NCBI GenBank assembly: GCA_041577295.1
Contig: JBFGJG010000070.1
Span: forward strand, 1-15,989
Length of the DNA stretch: 15,989 nt
Direction: 5' to 3'
From: Gemmatimonadales bacterium
GTDB lineage: Bacteria > Gemmatimonadota > Gemmatimonadetes > Gemmatimonadales > GWC2-71-9
The notes under the pieces are model-generated. The model searched no databases. It had not been told where the DNA came from and saw nothing but the letters and a program-made list of their open reading frames with translations. Shown here one piece after another: positions 8,576 to 15,989 of the stretch (its first letter is position 1; each line of letters begins with the position of its first letter). The position numbers and the translations under genes were made by a program.

Positions 8576-9836
8576 TCTGCTGTGCGTGAACCGCCGGTGC
8601 CGGCACGACCGGTTGAGGAGTATGTCCCTCAGATAAGGCCTCGAGCAGCACAGATTCGAGCTGCCGTGCGAGGTCGTCTCGCGCGAAGTACGTGCTGGCT
8701 AACCCGGACGCGGCCTGCCGAGCCACGGCGAGCCAGTCGGGAGTCCGAAGAGCGGTGGTGAGCTTGGTCGCTGCGCTGAGCAAATCACCGGGCGGCAGGA
8801 CAAGTCCTGCTTGGTGATCCCGCAAGGTGTCCGCCAGCCACCCTTCATGATTGATGGCCACCGGGATGCCGGCGGCGAACCCGTCGAACACCTTGTTGGC
8901 TGAGTTCCCCCACAATGCGGGGATGTCGATCACTACCGACATCGCCATTTGCGCGGTCGACAGCCACTGCGCGACGACCGATTTGGCAACCGGCGGCAGC
9001 ATGAAGAAGTTGCGGCCGAGTACCCCCAACCGATGGGCGACCCCCCGCACAGCTGCTTCCTCGCGCCCATCGCCAATCACGACGAAGCAAACGGTGGGAT
9101 CGATGCGTCGCACCTCCGCGGCGAGACGCGCGATGTAGTCGACCCCATTGACGCGTCCCAGGGTGCCCGCGTAGACCACGAGAGGCCGGTCACCCAACCA
9201 GGAGTAGCGCTTTCGCAGCCGCTTACCGCGCTTCGCCTCCGCACGAAAGAGTTCGAGGTCGCAGGCATTGGGGATGACGCTGATGCATCCTTGCGGGTAC
9301 CCGGTGCGAGCCACCCCGGCTTTCATTGTGGGCGACAGTGTCACGACGCGTGTGGCGTGCCGGTAGGCCGTTCGCTCCAGGAGCTGTGCTGCGGCGATCG
9401 ACGTACGGCTCGTCAAGGCGCCCATCGCGATCGGCACCTCAGGCCACAGATCGCGGACTTCGAGAACCATCGGTATCCGGTTGCGGCGCGAGGCGTACAT
9501 CCCCGGAATGGCGATGGTCAATGGTGTGCTCGTGGCAAAGATCAGGTCGGCGGGTAGGCTGGCCGCGCGGCCACACGCCGCCCAGGCGAACTTCGCGAAC
9601 GCCCTCAATCGGTCGCGGTAGCCCATCTGATTGGCATACGGTACCGGGAGCCAATGGACGTCGATCCCATCCTCGTTCGACTGACGCCAATCGCGGGGCG
9701 CCTCGGGATCCGGATTGCGGTCGGAGGTGATCATGTGTACCTGATGGCCGTTGGCCACGAGCCGCCGGGCCATCTCATAGGACCGCGTCCCGCCGATGCG
9801 GGTGTTGAAGTACTGGTGGAGGTAGACGATCCGCAT
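8568..9836 (-). CDS. Glycosyltransferase family 4 (WbuB-like)
   Basis: HQYF...GGTRSYEMARRL, ATSTPL, EVRDLWPE, VIPNACD, YAGTLGRVNG and ANKVFDGFAAGIPV. Confidence 0.92.
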   Translation of the reverse strand: MRIVYLHQYFNTRIGGTRSYEMARRLVANGHQVHMITSDRNPDPEAPRDWRQSNEDGIDVHWLPVPYANQMGYRDRLRAFAKFAWAACGRAASLPADLIFATSTPLTIAIPGMYASRRNRIPMVLEVRDLWPEVPIAMGALTSRTSIAAAQLLERTAYRHATRVVTLSPTMKAGVARTGYPQGCISVIPNACDLELFRAEAKRGKRLRKRYSWLGDRPLVVYAGTLGRVNGVDYIARLAAEVRRIDPTVCFVVIGDGREEAAVRGVAHRLGVLGRNFFMLPPVAKSVVAQWLSTAQMAMSVVIDIPALWGNSANKVFDGFAAGIPVAINHEGWLADTLRDHQAGLVLPPGDLLSAATKLTTALRTPDWLAVARQAASGLASTYFARDDLARQLESVLLEALSEGHTPQPVVPAPAVHAQQNG

Positions 9837-9839
9837 GGG

Positions 9840-11123
9840 TCAGCCTGCCATCACGGGGTCGCGTCCGCGCCGCGGCCCGGGCGCCGCATTTGTGAGGTGC
9901 TCGCGCCACCCTTCGTGGTACCGAGCCATCGAACGGTGTACGTCGAATTCGGTGGCGATGTGCTCGCGCGCCGCCCCCGCGATTTCTTGCGCGCGGCCAG
10001 GGTTGCGGAGGGCGTCCGCGATACACTCGCGGGCAGCGCCCACGTCCCCCTGTGCCACAACGGCGCCGGTCACTCCATGCTCGACCAACTCCTCAATCCC
10101 GGGTGTGTCGGTCACGACGCAATAGCAACCGCTTGCCATCGCCTCTTTGACCGCGTTGGGGAGGCGCTCCGAAGGCTTGCGCGAGGTGAAGAGGAACACC
10201 TCCGCCTTGGCCAGCGCACGCGCCATCTCGTCATGGCTCACGTGTCCGCAGAATTCGACGGCATGGTCGACACCGAGGCGCTGTGCCAGCGCCTCGAGGT
10301 TGGTTCGTTCCGGGCCGCTGCCGTAGATGGTGAGCCGCACATCCGGAAATTCGGAGAGCAGCTCGGCCAGAACGGTGATGGCGTCGTCCATAGCCTTCGA
10401 GGCAATCAGACGGCCTGCAGTAACGATCTGACGACGGTGCTTGCGACCGTTCGATCGAAATCGGGCGAGATCGATCCCGCGATACACGACACGAACGCGC
10501 TCTCTCGGGACACCCATGCGCACGATGTCTGGGATGTTTGCCTTGGCGTGAGTCCACACGAGGTGAGCTCGCTGCGCGACGAGTGCACTGCCGGGGAAGC
10601 CCCGTTCGAGGTCGTAGGCGCCGAGAAACATGGAGACGACCGTGTCAGGCAGCAGGCGGCTCACGAGGTAGCCGACGAGGGCAGGGTAGTGTCCCCAGAA
10701 GAGGTGGACGACGTCCGGCCGCTCACGACTTGCGCGGCGCGTGATGTCGAGGCTGCGTGGGACCAGGCTGAGCGCGATGCTTAGGTGACGCGGGTGTCGC
10801 CAGCTATGCCGCAGGATCCACGCGACGAATTGCAGCGCAATCACAGGATGGCTGAATCCGAAACCCAGCCCGCGAAGGACGGCCATGGGGGTTGCCCAAT
10901 CGACATCAAGAGTCGAGAGTCCCCGATCGGCGAGTAGTCGATTCGCCACACGCCGTGGGGCGGATCGTGACCGACGCTCGAACTGACGCGGACGTGGCGG
11001 TCGCAACGTGTGAACCGAGATGTCAATCCCGCGCTCCACCAGGGCTCGCACATCGCTGCACGCGAACGTCTCGGTTTTCGCAGGAAAGATCATGGTGACG
11101 TACCAGACTTTCATATCGCTCAT
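9840..11123 (-). CDS. Glycosyltransferase family 4 (WcaL-like)
   Basis: FPAKTETF, VYRGIDL, AGRLIASKA, and an E-x7-E motif in ERLPNAVKEAMASG followed by TDTPGIEELV. An alternative ATG is at 11114. The gap to the next gene is 3 bp. Confidence 0.9.
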   Translation of the reverse strand: MSDMKVWYVTMIFPAKTETFACSDVRALVERGIDISVHTLRPPRPRQFERRSRSAPRRVANRLLADRGLSTLDVDWATPMAVLRGLGFGFSHPVIALQFVAWILRHSWRHPRHLSIALSLVPRSLDITRRASRERPDVVHLFWGHYPALVGYLVSRLLPDTVVSMFLGAYDLERGFPGSALVAQRAHLVWTHAKANIPDIVRMGVPRERVRVVYRGIDLARFRSNGRKHRRQIVTAGRLIASKAMDDAITVLAELLSEFPDVRLTIYGSGPERTNLEALAQRLGVDHAVEFCGHVSHDEMARALAKAEVFLFTSRKPSERLPNAVKEAMASGCYCVVTDTPGIEELVEHGVTGAVVAQGDVGAARECIADALRNPGRAQEIAGAAREHIATEFDVHRSMARYHEGWREHLTNAAPGPRRGRDPVMAG

Positions 11124-11213
11124 TTCGACTGCATGTCGCGCCGTGGTTGATGTCCAGAGACCCGTACGGCTTGGGGAAATGCAGAACTGCAGTCGGCGCG
11201 CTCACGAGCAGAG

Positions 11214-11230
11214 TGCAAGTTCAGCGCCAA
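11214..11230 (-). promoter_or_regulatory. Putative sigma54 (-24/-12) promoter for the GT4-GT4-aminotransferase-lyase A unit
   Basis: Minus strand reads TTGGCGCT-GAAC-TTGCA, close to the consensus TGGCACG-N4-TTGCW with exact spacing. It sits in a 327-bp intergenic gap, about 90 bp upstream of ATG 11123. Confidence 0.55.
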
Positions 11231-11450
11231 TAACCGTGCTGCAATGACGCAACAGACGACGTTGCGTTACGTCGTGTGTATGTGGTGTTGCGGTGGGGTG
11301 AGTGCGGCGACTCTAGCGCGCCCGCACGGGTTCAATGCGATGAAGGAGAGAAGCGATCGGTGTGGGAATGCAACAGCTGAACTGCAGCGAGCGGTTCAAT
11401 TGCGAGTAGTCAAGAGTACCAAGTGGGAGGATTTAGATATCACATCGTCT

Positions 11451-12794
11451 CTAGGGGCTCCTACCCTCCACTTGTGCCGCTAGTTGGTGCAGCAATTCCT
11501 CGAGATTCGTGTATCCGTCCCCGTCGTCGTCGCGGTTGGGATTGGCCGGAAGCGTGAGAACGCGGCCGTTCTCTGCAACGGTCGGCCAGCCGCCCACCTC
11601 GCTCTGACTGTCGATGATCCGTCCCGTCCCATTGATCACCTCGTCCACGATGCGGAGATCCACGGCATCGCGATCGGCGGGCCGTGCACCGGCATTGCCC
11701 GCCACATAGGCTTGTACAGCTGACGCTGGGCGGATGGTGAGTGGATCCGGTAAGATCCGGGGCGGCGTTGCGACGAGTATTGATGCTGGATTGGAGGAGA
11801 TGGTCGGGTCCGACTCGAACTCGTTGTTGGCGATGTAGATCTGCGAGCCATCGTCAGTATCCCCATACACGTGAATCCGCACGCCCCCATCGAAATCCTC
11901 GGTGCTGGGGCCCCGCCGACCAGCGTTGCCGATGATGCTCGTGTACGTCGGGCCTTCGTCGCCTGTGAGGACCAACACTTCGTTCGAGCCGGGGTTGTAG
12001 ATGTAGTTGTTGAGATAGAGCAACTCGGTGTCGCCCTTGCCCATCGGATTTCTGAAATTGTTGTGGGCGAACAAATTGCCAATCACTGCAATTGCCTTGC
12101 TGGTCTGGCCGATCAGCAGCCCCATGGAGTGTTCACCATCGGGGTGCAGCGAGTTGGAGAGCGCCTCGCTGATGATGCTGTTGCTGATCGTCACATTGCT
12201 AGGTGCCCCGTCGCCACTTGGATAGACACTCATGTTTTCGTCGATCGCCCAGCTCGCGGACACGTGGTCGATGACGACGTTTGCGATGGGCCCCACGACC
12301 TGAAAGGCGTTGCGCCGACCGGGATCCGGTCCCGACGGATCGTCACCCACGCGCAGACGAATGTGCTGAATCAACACATCGCTGGCCTCGATGCTCAGCA
12401 TGATGTTGCGCAAGGTTATGCCCGGCGATGGCGCGGTCTGGCCAGCTACCGTGACGCTGCCAGCCTCCACTTCCCACTCGGACGAGCTGGTCCCGACGAT
12501 CGTGCCCGACACGTCGAAGATGATGGTGCGTGCCCCGGATGTGTTTACGAGGGCCTCGTGCAATGACCCAGGCCCAAACTCCGCGAGCGTGGTGACGCGC
12601 AGGATCGACCCTCCGCGCCCCGCAGCCGTCGTGGTGCCGTACCCCTCGGAACCCGGAAAGACCGGGATGATCGCATTTGATGGAGGCTCGGGTTGGCTGG
12701 ATTTTGTCGCGTTGCACGAAACGCTAGCGACGGTGAATGTCACGAGCGAGGTAGTGAAGAGTCCAATTCGGCGAAGCGTGCCCTGAGGATCCAT
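11451..12794 (-). CDS. PL1-family lipoprotein, paralogue B (catalytic domain only)
   Basis: Same PL1 motifs (FPGSEG, AGQTAP, VVIDHVSASWAIDE, HNNFRNP, DDDGDGYTNLEE). Preferred start is ATG 12794, giving MDPQGTLRRIGLFTTSLVTFTVASVSC (lipobox-like); 447 aa. The track start at 12866 is a TTG. Confidence 0.88.
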   Translation of the reverse strand: MDPQGTLRRIGLFTTSLVTFTVASVSCNATKSSQPEPPSNAIIPVFPGSEGYGTTTAAGRGGSILRVTTLAEFGPGSLHEALVNTSGARTIIFDVSGTIVGTSSSEWEVEAGSVTVAGQTAPSPGITLRNIMLSIEASDVLIQHIRLRVGDDPSGPDPGRRNAFQVVGPIANVVIDHVSASWAIDENMSVYPSGDGAPSNVTISNSIISEALSNSLHPDGEHSMGLLIGQTSKAIAVIGNLFAHNNFRNPMGKGDTELLYLNNYIYNPGSNEVLVLTGDEGPTYTSIIGNAGRRGPSTEDFDGGVRIHVYGDTDDGSQIYIANNEFESDPTISSNPASILVATPPRILPDPLTIRPASAVQAYVAGNAGARPADRDAVDLRIVDEVINGTGRIIDSQSEVGGWPTVAENGRVLTLPANPNRDDDGDGYTNLEELLHQLAAQVEGRSP

Positions 12795-14226
12795 GGCGAT
12801 GATCGGGTTGTCCAACGTTCGTTTGTTTCCGACAATCTGCTGTGACGTCACGTAGGGTGGACGCAAAGGTACCCATCAACGGAACAGCCGGGCCACCAGT
12901 ATACAACGCTGGTGACCCGGCGGACCATGGGACAAAGTGTCACGTAACGCTGCCGCGGTGATGCATGCATGCCACAGCTGGGAGCGCGGACGCCCCGCAC
13001 TCTTCGCACGCTTACGGGCTTCTTCCCTCCACTTCTGCCGCGAGTTGGTGCAGTAGTTCCTCGAGATTGGTGTAGCCGTCTCCGTCGTCGTCGCCGTTGG
13101 GACTCGCTGGCAGGGCGAGGACGCGGGTGTTCTGCGCAAGGGTCGGCCACCCGCCCACCTCGCTCTGGCTGTCGATGATCCGTCCCGTTCCGTTGATTAC
13201 GTCGTCCACGACGCGGAGATCCACGGCGTCGCGGTCGGCCGGCCGGGCGCCGGCATTGCTGGTCACGTACGCTTGCACCGTTGAGCCAGGCCGGATGGTG
13301 AGCGGGTTCGGCAACGCCCGCGGTGGGGATGCGACGAATATCGACGAAGGATTCGACGAGGCGTACGGGTCCGCCTCGAGCTGGTTGTCGGTGACGTAGA
13401 TCTGGGATCCGTCGTCGGTATCTCCGTACACACGAACCCGTACGCCTTCGTCGAGGTCCTCCGTGCTGGGGCCCCGACGCCCGGCGTTACCGATGATGCT
13501 CGTATAGGTCGGTCCTTGGTCTCCAGTGAGTACCAGGACTTCATTCGACCCTGGATTGTAGATGTAATTGTTGAGATAGAGCAGCTCGGTACCGCCCTTA
13601 CCCATCGGATTCCTGAAATTGTTGTGGGCGAACAGATTCCCAATGACGGCGATGGACGTGCTCGTCTGACCGATCAGCAGGCCCATGGAGTGCTCTCCAT
13701 CGGGGTGCAACGAGTTGGACAGCGCCTCGCTGATGATGCTGTTGCTGATCGTCACGTTGGTTGGAGCGGCGTCTCCGCTCGGGTACACGCTTGTGTTTTC
13801 GTCAATGGCCCAGCTTGTCGAAACGTGGTCGATGACGACATTCGCGATGGGCCCCACGACCTGAAAGGCGTTGCGCCGGCCGGGATCCGGTCCCGACGGA
13901 TCGTCGCCCACGCGCAGACGAATGTGCTGAATCAACACATCGCTGGCTTCGATACTCAGCATGATGTTGCGGAGCGTGATGCCCGGGGATGGTGCGGTCT
14001 GACCGGCCACGGTGACGTTGCCCGCGTCCACTTCCCATTCGGACGAGCTCGTTCCCACGATCGTTCCTGACACATCGAAGATGATGGTGCGCGGCCCCGA
14101 GGTGTTGACGAGGGCCTCGTGCAGTGAGCCGGGCCCGAACTCGGCGAGCGTGGTGACGCGCAGGATCGCCCCCCCGCGGCCCGCGGCGGTCGTCGTTCCG
14201 TATCCCTCGGCTCCCGGGAACACGGG
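11451..14226. repeat. Direct repeat of the PL1 catalytic domain: 11451-12665 vs 13012-14226 (offset 1561 bp, no indels seen)
   Basis: Manual alignment gives about 43 amino-acid differences in 404 residues (about 89% identity). The offset is the same at the stop codon, the middle and the domain start. Confidence 0.95.
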
Positions 14227-14904
14227 GAGCGCATTGGGATCTGGTGGTGGGGGTGGTGTTCCATTGACCGTGATCGCGGCGGTACCGCTCCGTCCGTCAG
14301 TGGACGCCGTGATCGTCGCGGCGCCGGCCGCGCGTGCGGTGACGCGTCCCGAGTTACTGACTGAAGCGACGCTGCCATTGGAGCTGGACCATTCCACGGT
14401 GTAGCCTGTCAGCACGTTGCCCGCCGAGTCGCGCACCTCGGCGGTCAGCGTGGCCGTCTCACCTTCTTCCAACACCAAGTCGGCTGGGGAAACGGTGACA
14501 GTCCGGACTGGAGATTCCACCACGGTCACATCCGAGGAATCGGCGATGCCGGTCGAGTCGTCCGTGGCAATCACTTTGTGCTTGCCCGGCCTGTCGGCTT
14601 TGTATTTCCCAAGGGCCTTCCCCTTGCCGGATCCTTTGATGTTTCCGCTTGTCGAGCTCCACGTCACCGACACCGCTGCGGTATCCCCAGACGCCGTGAG
14701 CCCAAGCACCTGAAAGTCAGTGGAGTCGCCTACCTGAACGGTGATGTCCTTCGGTGTCACCAACAGTTGCACGACGGGATCTGCCTCGATGATACCCGGC
14801 CGGATTGTTCTGCTTGCGTCGCACGAAAGGGTGGCAACTACGAATGTCATTGTGACGATCGCCGCGCGGGTGTTGGCGCGGCAGAGCTTACGCTGGGGGG
14901 TCAT
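13012..14904 (-). CDS. PL1-family lipoprotein, paralogue C, with two N-terminal bacterial Ig-like (Big_2) domains and a polyproline linker
   Basis: Preferred start is ATG 14904, giving MTPQRKLCRANTRAAIVTMTFVVATLSC; 630 aa. Big_2 motifs VTWSST and VEWSSSNGSVASVSNSGRVTA, linker TPPPPPDPN, then a PL1 domain nearly identical to paralogue B. Confidence 0.9.
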   Translation of the reverse strand: MTPQRKLCRANTRAAIVTMTFVVATLSCDASRTIRPGIIEADPVVQLLVTPKDITVQVGDSTDFQVLGLTASGDTAAVSVTWSSTSGNIKGSGKGKALGKYKADRPGKHKVIATDDSTGIADSSDVTVVESPVRTVTVSPADLVLEEGETATLTAEVRDSAGNVLTGYTVEWSSSNGSVASVSNSGRVTARAAGAATITASTDGRSGTAAITVNGTPPPPPDPNALPVFPGAEGYGTTTAAGRGGAILRVTTLAEFGPGSLHEALVNTSGPRTIIFDVSGTIVGTSSSEWEVDAGNVTVAGQTAPSPGITLRNIMLSIEASDVLIQHIRLRVGDDPSGPDPGRRNAFQVVGPIANVVIDHVSTSWAIDENTSVYPSGDAAPTNVTISNSIISEALSNSLHPDGEHSMGLLIGQTSTSIAVIGNLFAHNNFRNPMGKGGTELLYLNNYIYNPGSNEVLVLTGDQGPTYTSIIGNAGRRGPSTEDLDEGVRVRVYGDTDDGSQIYVTDNQLEADPYASSNPSSIFVASPPRALPNPLTIRPGSTVQAYVTSNAGARPADRDAVDLRVVDDVINGTGRIIDSQSEVGGWPTLAQNTRVLALPASPNGDDDGDGYTNLEELLHQLAAEVEGRSP

Positions 14905-14999
14905 GGCACCGCTCGTGTCGTTCGAGGTCGTTGGGTGTTGCGACCACACGGCGGGCGCGTAACGCGTTCGCGGTCACAAGAGGCGCCCGACAAACGCCA

Positions 15000-15034
15000 G
15001 CCGGGCCGCCAGTAAACGTCGCTGGCGGCCCGGC
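15000..15034. other. Perfect 13-bp GC-rich inverted repeat (RNA hairpin; terminator, attenuator or stability element)
   Basis: gccgggccgccag-taaacgtcg-ctggcggcccggc. It is intergenic, 95 bp upstream of ATG 14904, and followed on the minus strand only by TGGCGTTTG, a poor U tract. Confidence 0.6.
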
Positions 15035-15106
15035 GGACATAGCGACCTCGTCGCGGTAGCCCCGTAGCTCTGCGTCACCGTCTTTCGACGGGTTTGCTCT
15101 GAGCAG

Positions 15107-15122
15107 CGCAAGGGTTGTCCCG
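15107..15122 (-). promoter_or_regulatory. Weak sigma54-like motif upstream of lyase C
   Basis: Minus strand reads CGGGACA-ACCC-TTGCG: GG-N10-GC with a good -12 box and a degenerate -24 box. Confidence 0.2.
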
Positions 15123-15209
15123 ACATCGCGCCGTGAAACGATGCGCTGAGAGGCGATCAGGTGATGTCGGGTCTGCGTGGGAATCTTAGCGCATGCCGGA
15201 GCGCCGTGC

Positions 15210-15225
15210 TGTGACTGTAGTCACT
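15210..15225. promoter_or_regulatory. Palindromic operator-like site (CRP-box-like TGTGA-N6-TCAC)
   Basis: TGTGACTGTAGTCACT contains the perfect inverted repeat GTGACT-gt-AGTCAC, matches TGTGA-N6-TCACA at 9/10 positions, and is intergenic. Confidence 0.3.
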
Positions 15226-15271
15226 CGGTAGACGTGCGGGATTGGCGGTATTGGCGGGAACGGGTGGAGCG

Positions 15272-15988
15272 TTAGGAGGGTAAACGCCCCTCCGCTTGTA
15301 ATGTCCGTTCGCGGGCGAGATCCATCTCGACCTTGCTCGTGTCGACGGCGACGCCGTGGCGGCGGATAACTTGACGGATCGTCTTTGCCAGGATGGTGAA
15401 ATCCAGCCACAGCGACCAGTTCTCCACGTACCACGCGTCCATCTCGAGCCGCTCGTTCCAGGTCGTCATGTTTCGACCGTTGACCTGCGCCCAACCGGTG
15501 ATACCCGGTCGCACGTCGTGACGGGTGAATTCGCGCGCCGTGTAGTGCGGGAGGTAGTGCATCAGCAGCGGTCTTGGTCCCACCAGGCTCATGTCGCCCT
15601 TGATCACGTTGATCAGCTCAGGGAGCTCATCCAGGCTCGTGCTCCGGAGGATCCGACCGAGCTTGGTCAGTCGATGGGTGTCTCTCAATAGCTGCCCCTC
15701 CGCGTCGCGATCGGTGCTCATCGTGCGAAACTTGTAAATGACGAAGGGCCGGCCCCCCATTCCTGGCCGCGTTTGCGTGAAGAGGATCGGGCGCCCTTGG
15801 ACAAGCCACACAAGCAGCGAGACTGCGAGGAGGATCGGGGACAGGAGAATCAGTGCCACCGTTGCCCCGCCGAGGTCGACCACCCGCTTGACCGGCGAGG
15901 GCAGCTGGCGTCTCCTCTGAGGCGTTTGAGTCTCGACGTTGGTCACGATCTTGCCGGAGTGGGGGTGTATGGCGACGGGAGTACGCAT
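15272..15988 (-). CDS. Initiating undecaprenyl-phosphate sugar phosphotransferase (Bac_transf; PglC/EpsL-like); start uncertain at the window edge
   Basis: KRVVDL, a single hydrophobic helix, [55 protein letters not shown] and [13 protein letters not shown]. Confidence 0.94.
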   Translation of the reverse strand: MRTPVAIHPHSGKIVTNVETQTPQRRRQLPSPVKRVVDLGGATVALILLSPILLAVSLLVWLVQGRPILFTQTRPGMGGRPFVIYKFRTMSTDRDAEGQLLRDTHRLTKLGRILRSTSLDELPELINVIKGDMSLVGPRPLLMHYLPHYTAREFTRHDVRPGITGWAQVNGRNMTTWNERLEMDAWYVENWSLWLDFTILAKTIRQVIRRHGVAVDTSKVEMDLARERTLQAEGRLPS

Positions 15989-15989
15989 C

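Noticed and set aside
9654..10784. 376-aa plus-strand ORF (also 8096-8761, 8949-9557, 11871-12566, 13516-14070)
   Set aside because: These are antisense to well-supported genes. Long stop-free antisense frames are expected in GC-rich DNA.
12842..12974. Palindromes GTGACGTCAC and ATGCATGCAT, and a TGGCATG -24-like box upstream of lyase B
   Set aside because: They are short, and the box has no GC at the -12 position (it reads CATC). The evidence is too weak to call a promoter.
15241..15258. ATTGGCGGT-ATTGGCGGG tandem resembling an ops/JUMPstart element
   Set aside because: It does not match GGCGGTAG and lies on the strand opposite to transcription of the flanking genes.
1..15989. CRISPR arrays, IS/transposase/integrase genes, tRNA/rRNA
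   Set aside because: None seen. All repeats found are explained by PKD domains or the lyase duplication.

Overview
GC-rich bacterial DNA holding part of a Wzx-dependent surface/exopolysaccharide biosynthesis locus. The lipoprotein and Big_2 style suggests Gemmatimonadota, but that is only an impression. Minus strand, right to left: a PglC/EpsL-type initiating phosphoglycosyl transferase; two tandemly duplicated PL1 (pectate lyase-like beta-helix) lipoproteins; two GT4 glycosyltransferases; a DegT/PglE/EpsN-type sugar aminotransferase; and a third, more divergent PL1 lipoprotein. On the plus strand an inverted two-gene module converges on this block: an unannotated protein with protein-kinase-like motifs, translationally coupled to a WzxC-like flippase. 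The left 2.9 kb is one uninterrupted minus-strand ORF that the ORF track misses because it runs off the window. It encodes a lipoprotein of more than 976 aa with two beta-propellers, an Ig-like domain, an uncharacterised beta-sandwich and PKD repeats. Several intergenic regions carry sigma54-like -24/-12 motifs. The best candidate for an undescribed system is a polysaccharide locus with three membrane-anchored lyase paralogues of different tether length (two with an Asp-to-Asn change at a probable Ca ligand), a kinase-like partner of the flippase, and a giant surface lipoprotein. No RNA genes, CRISPR arrays or mobile elements were seen.
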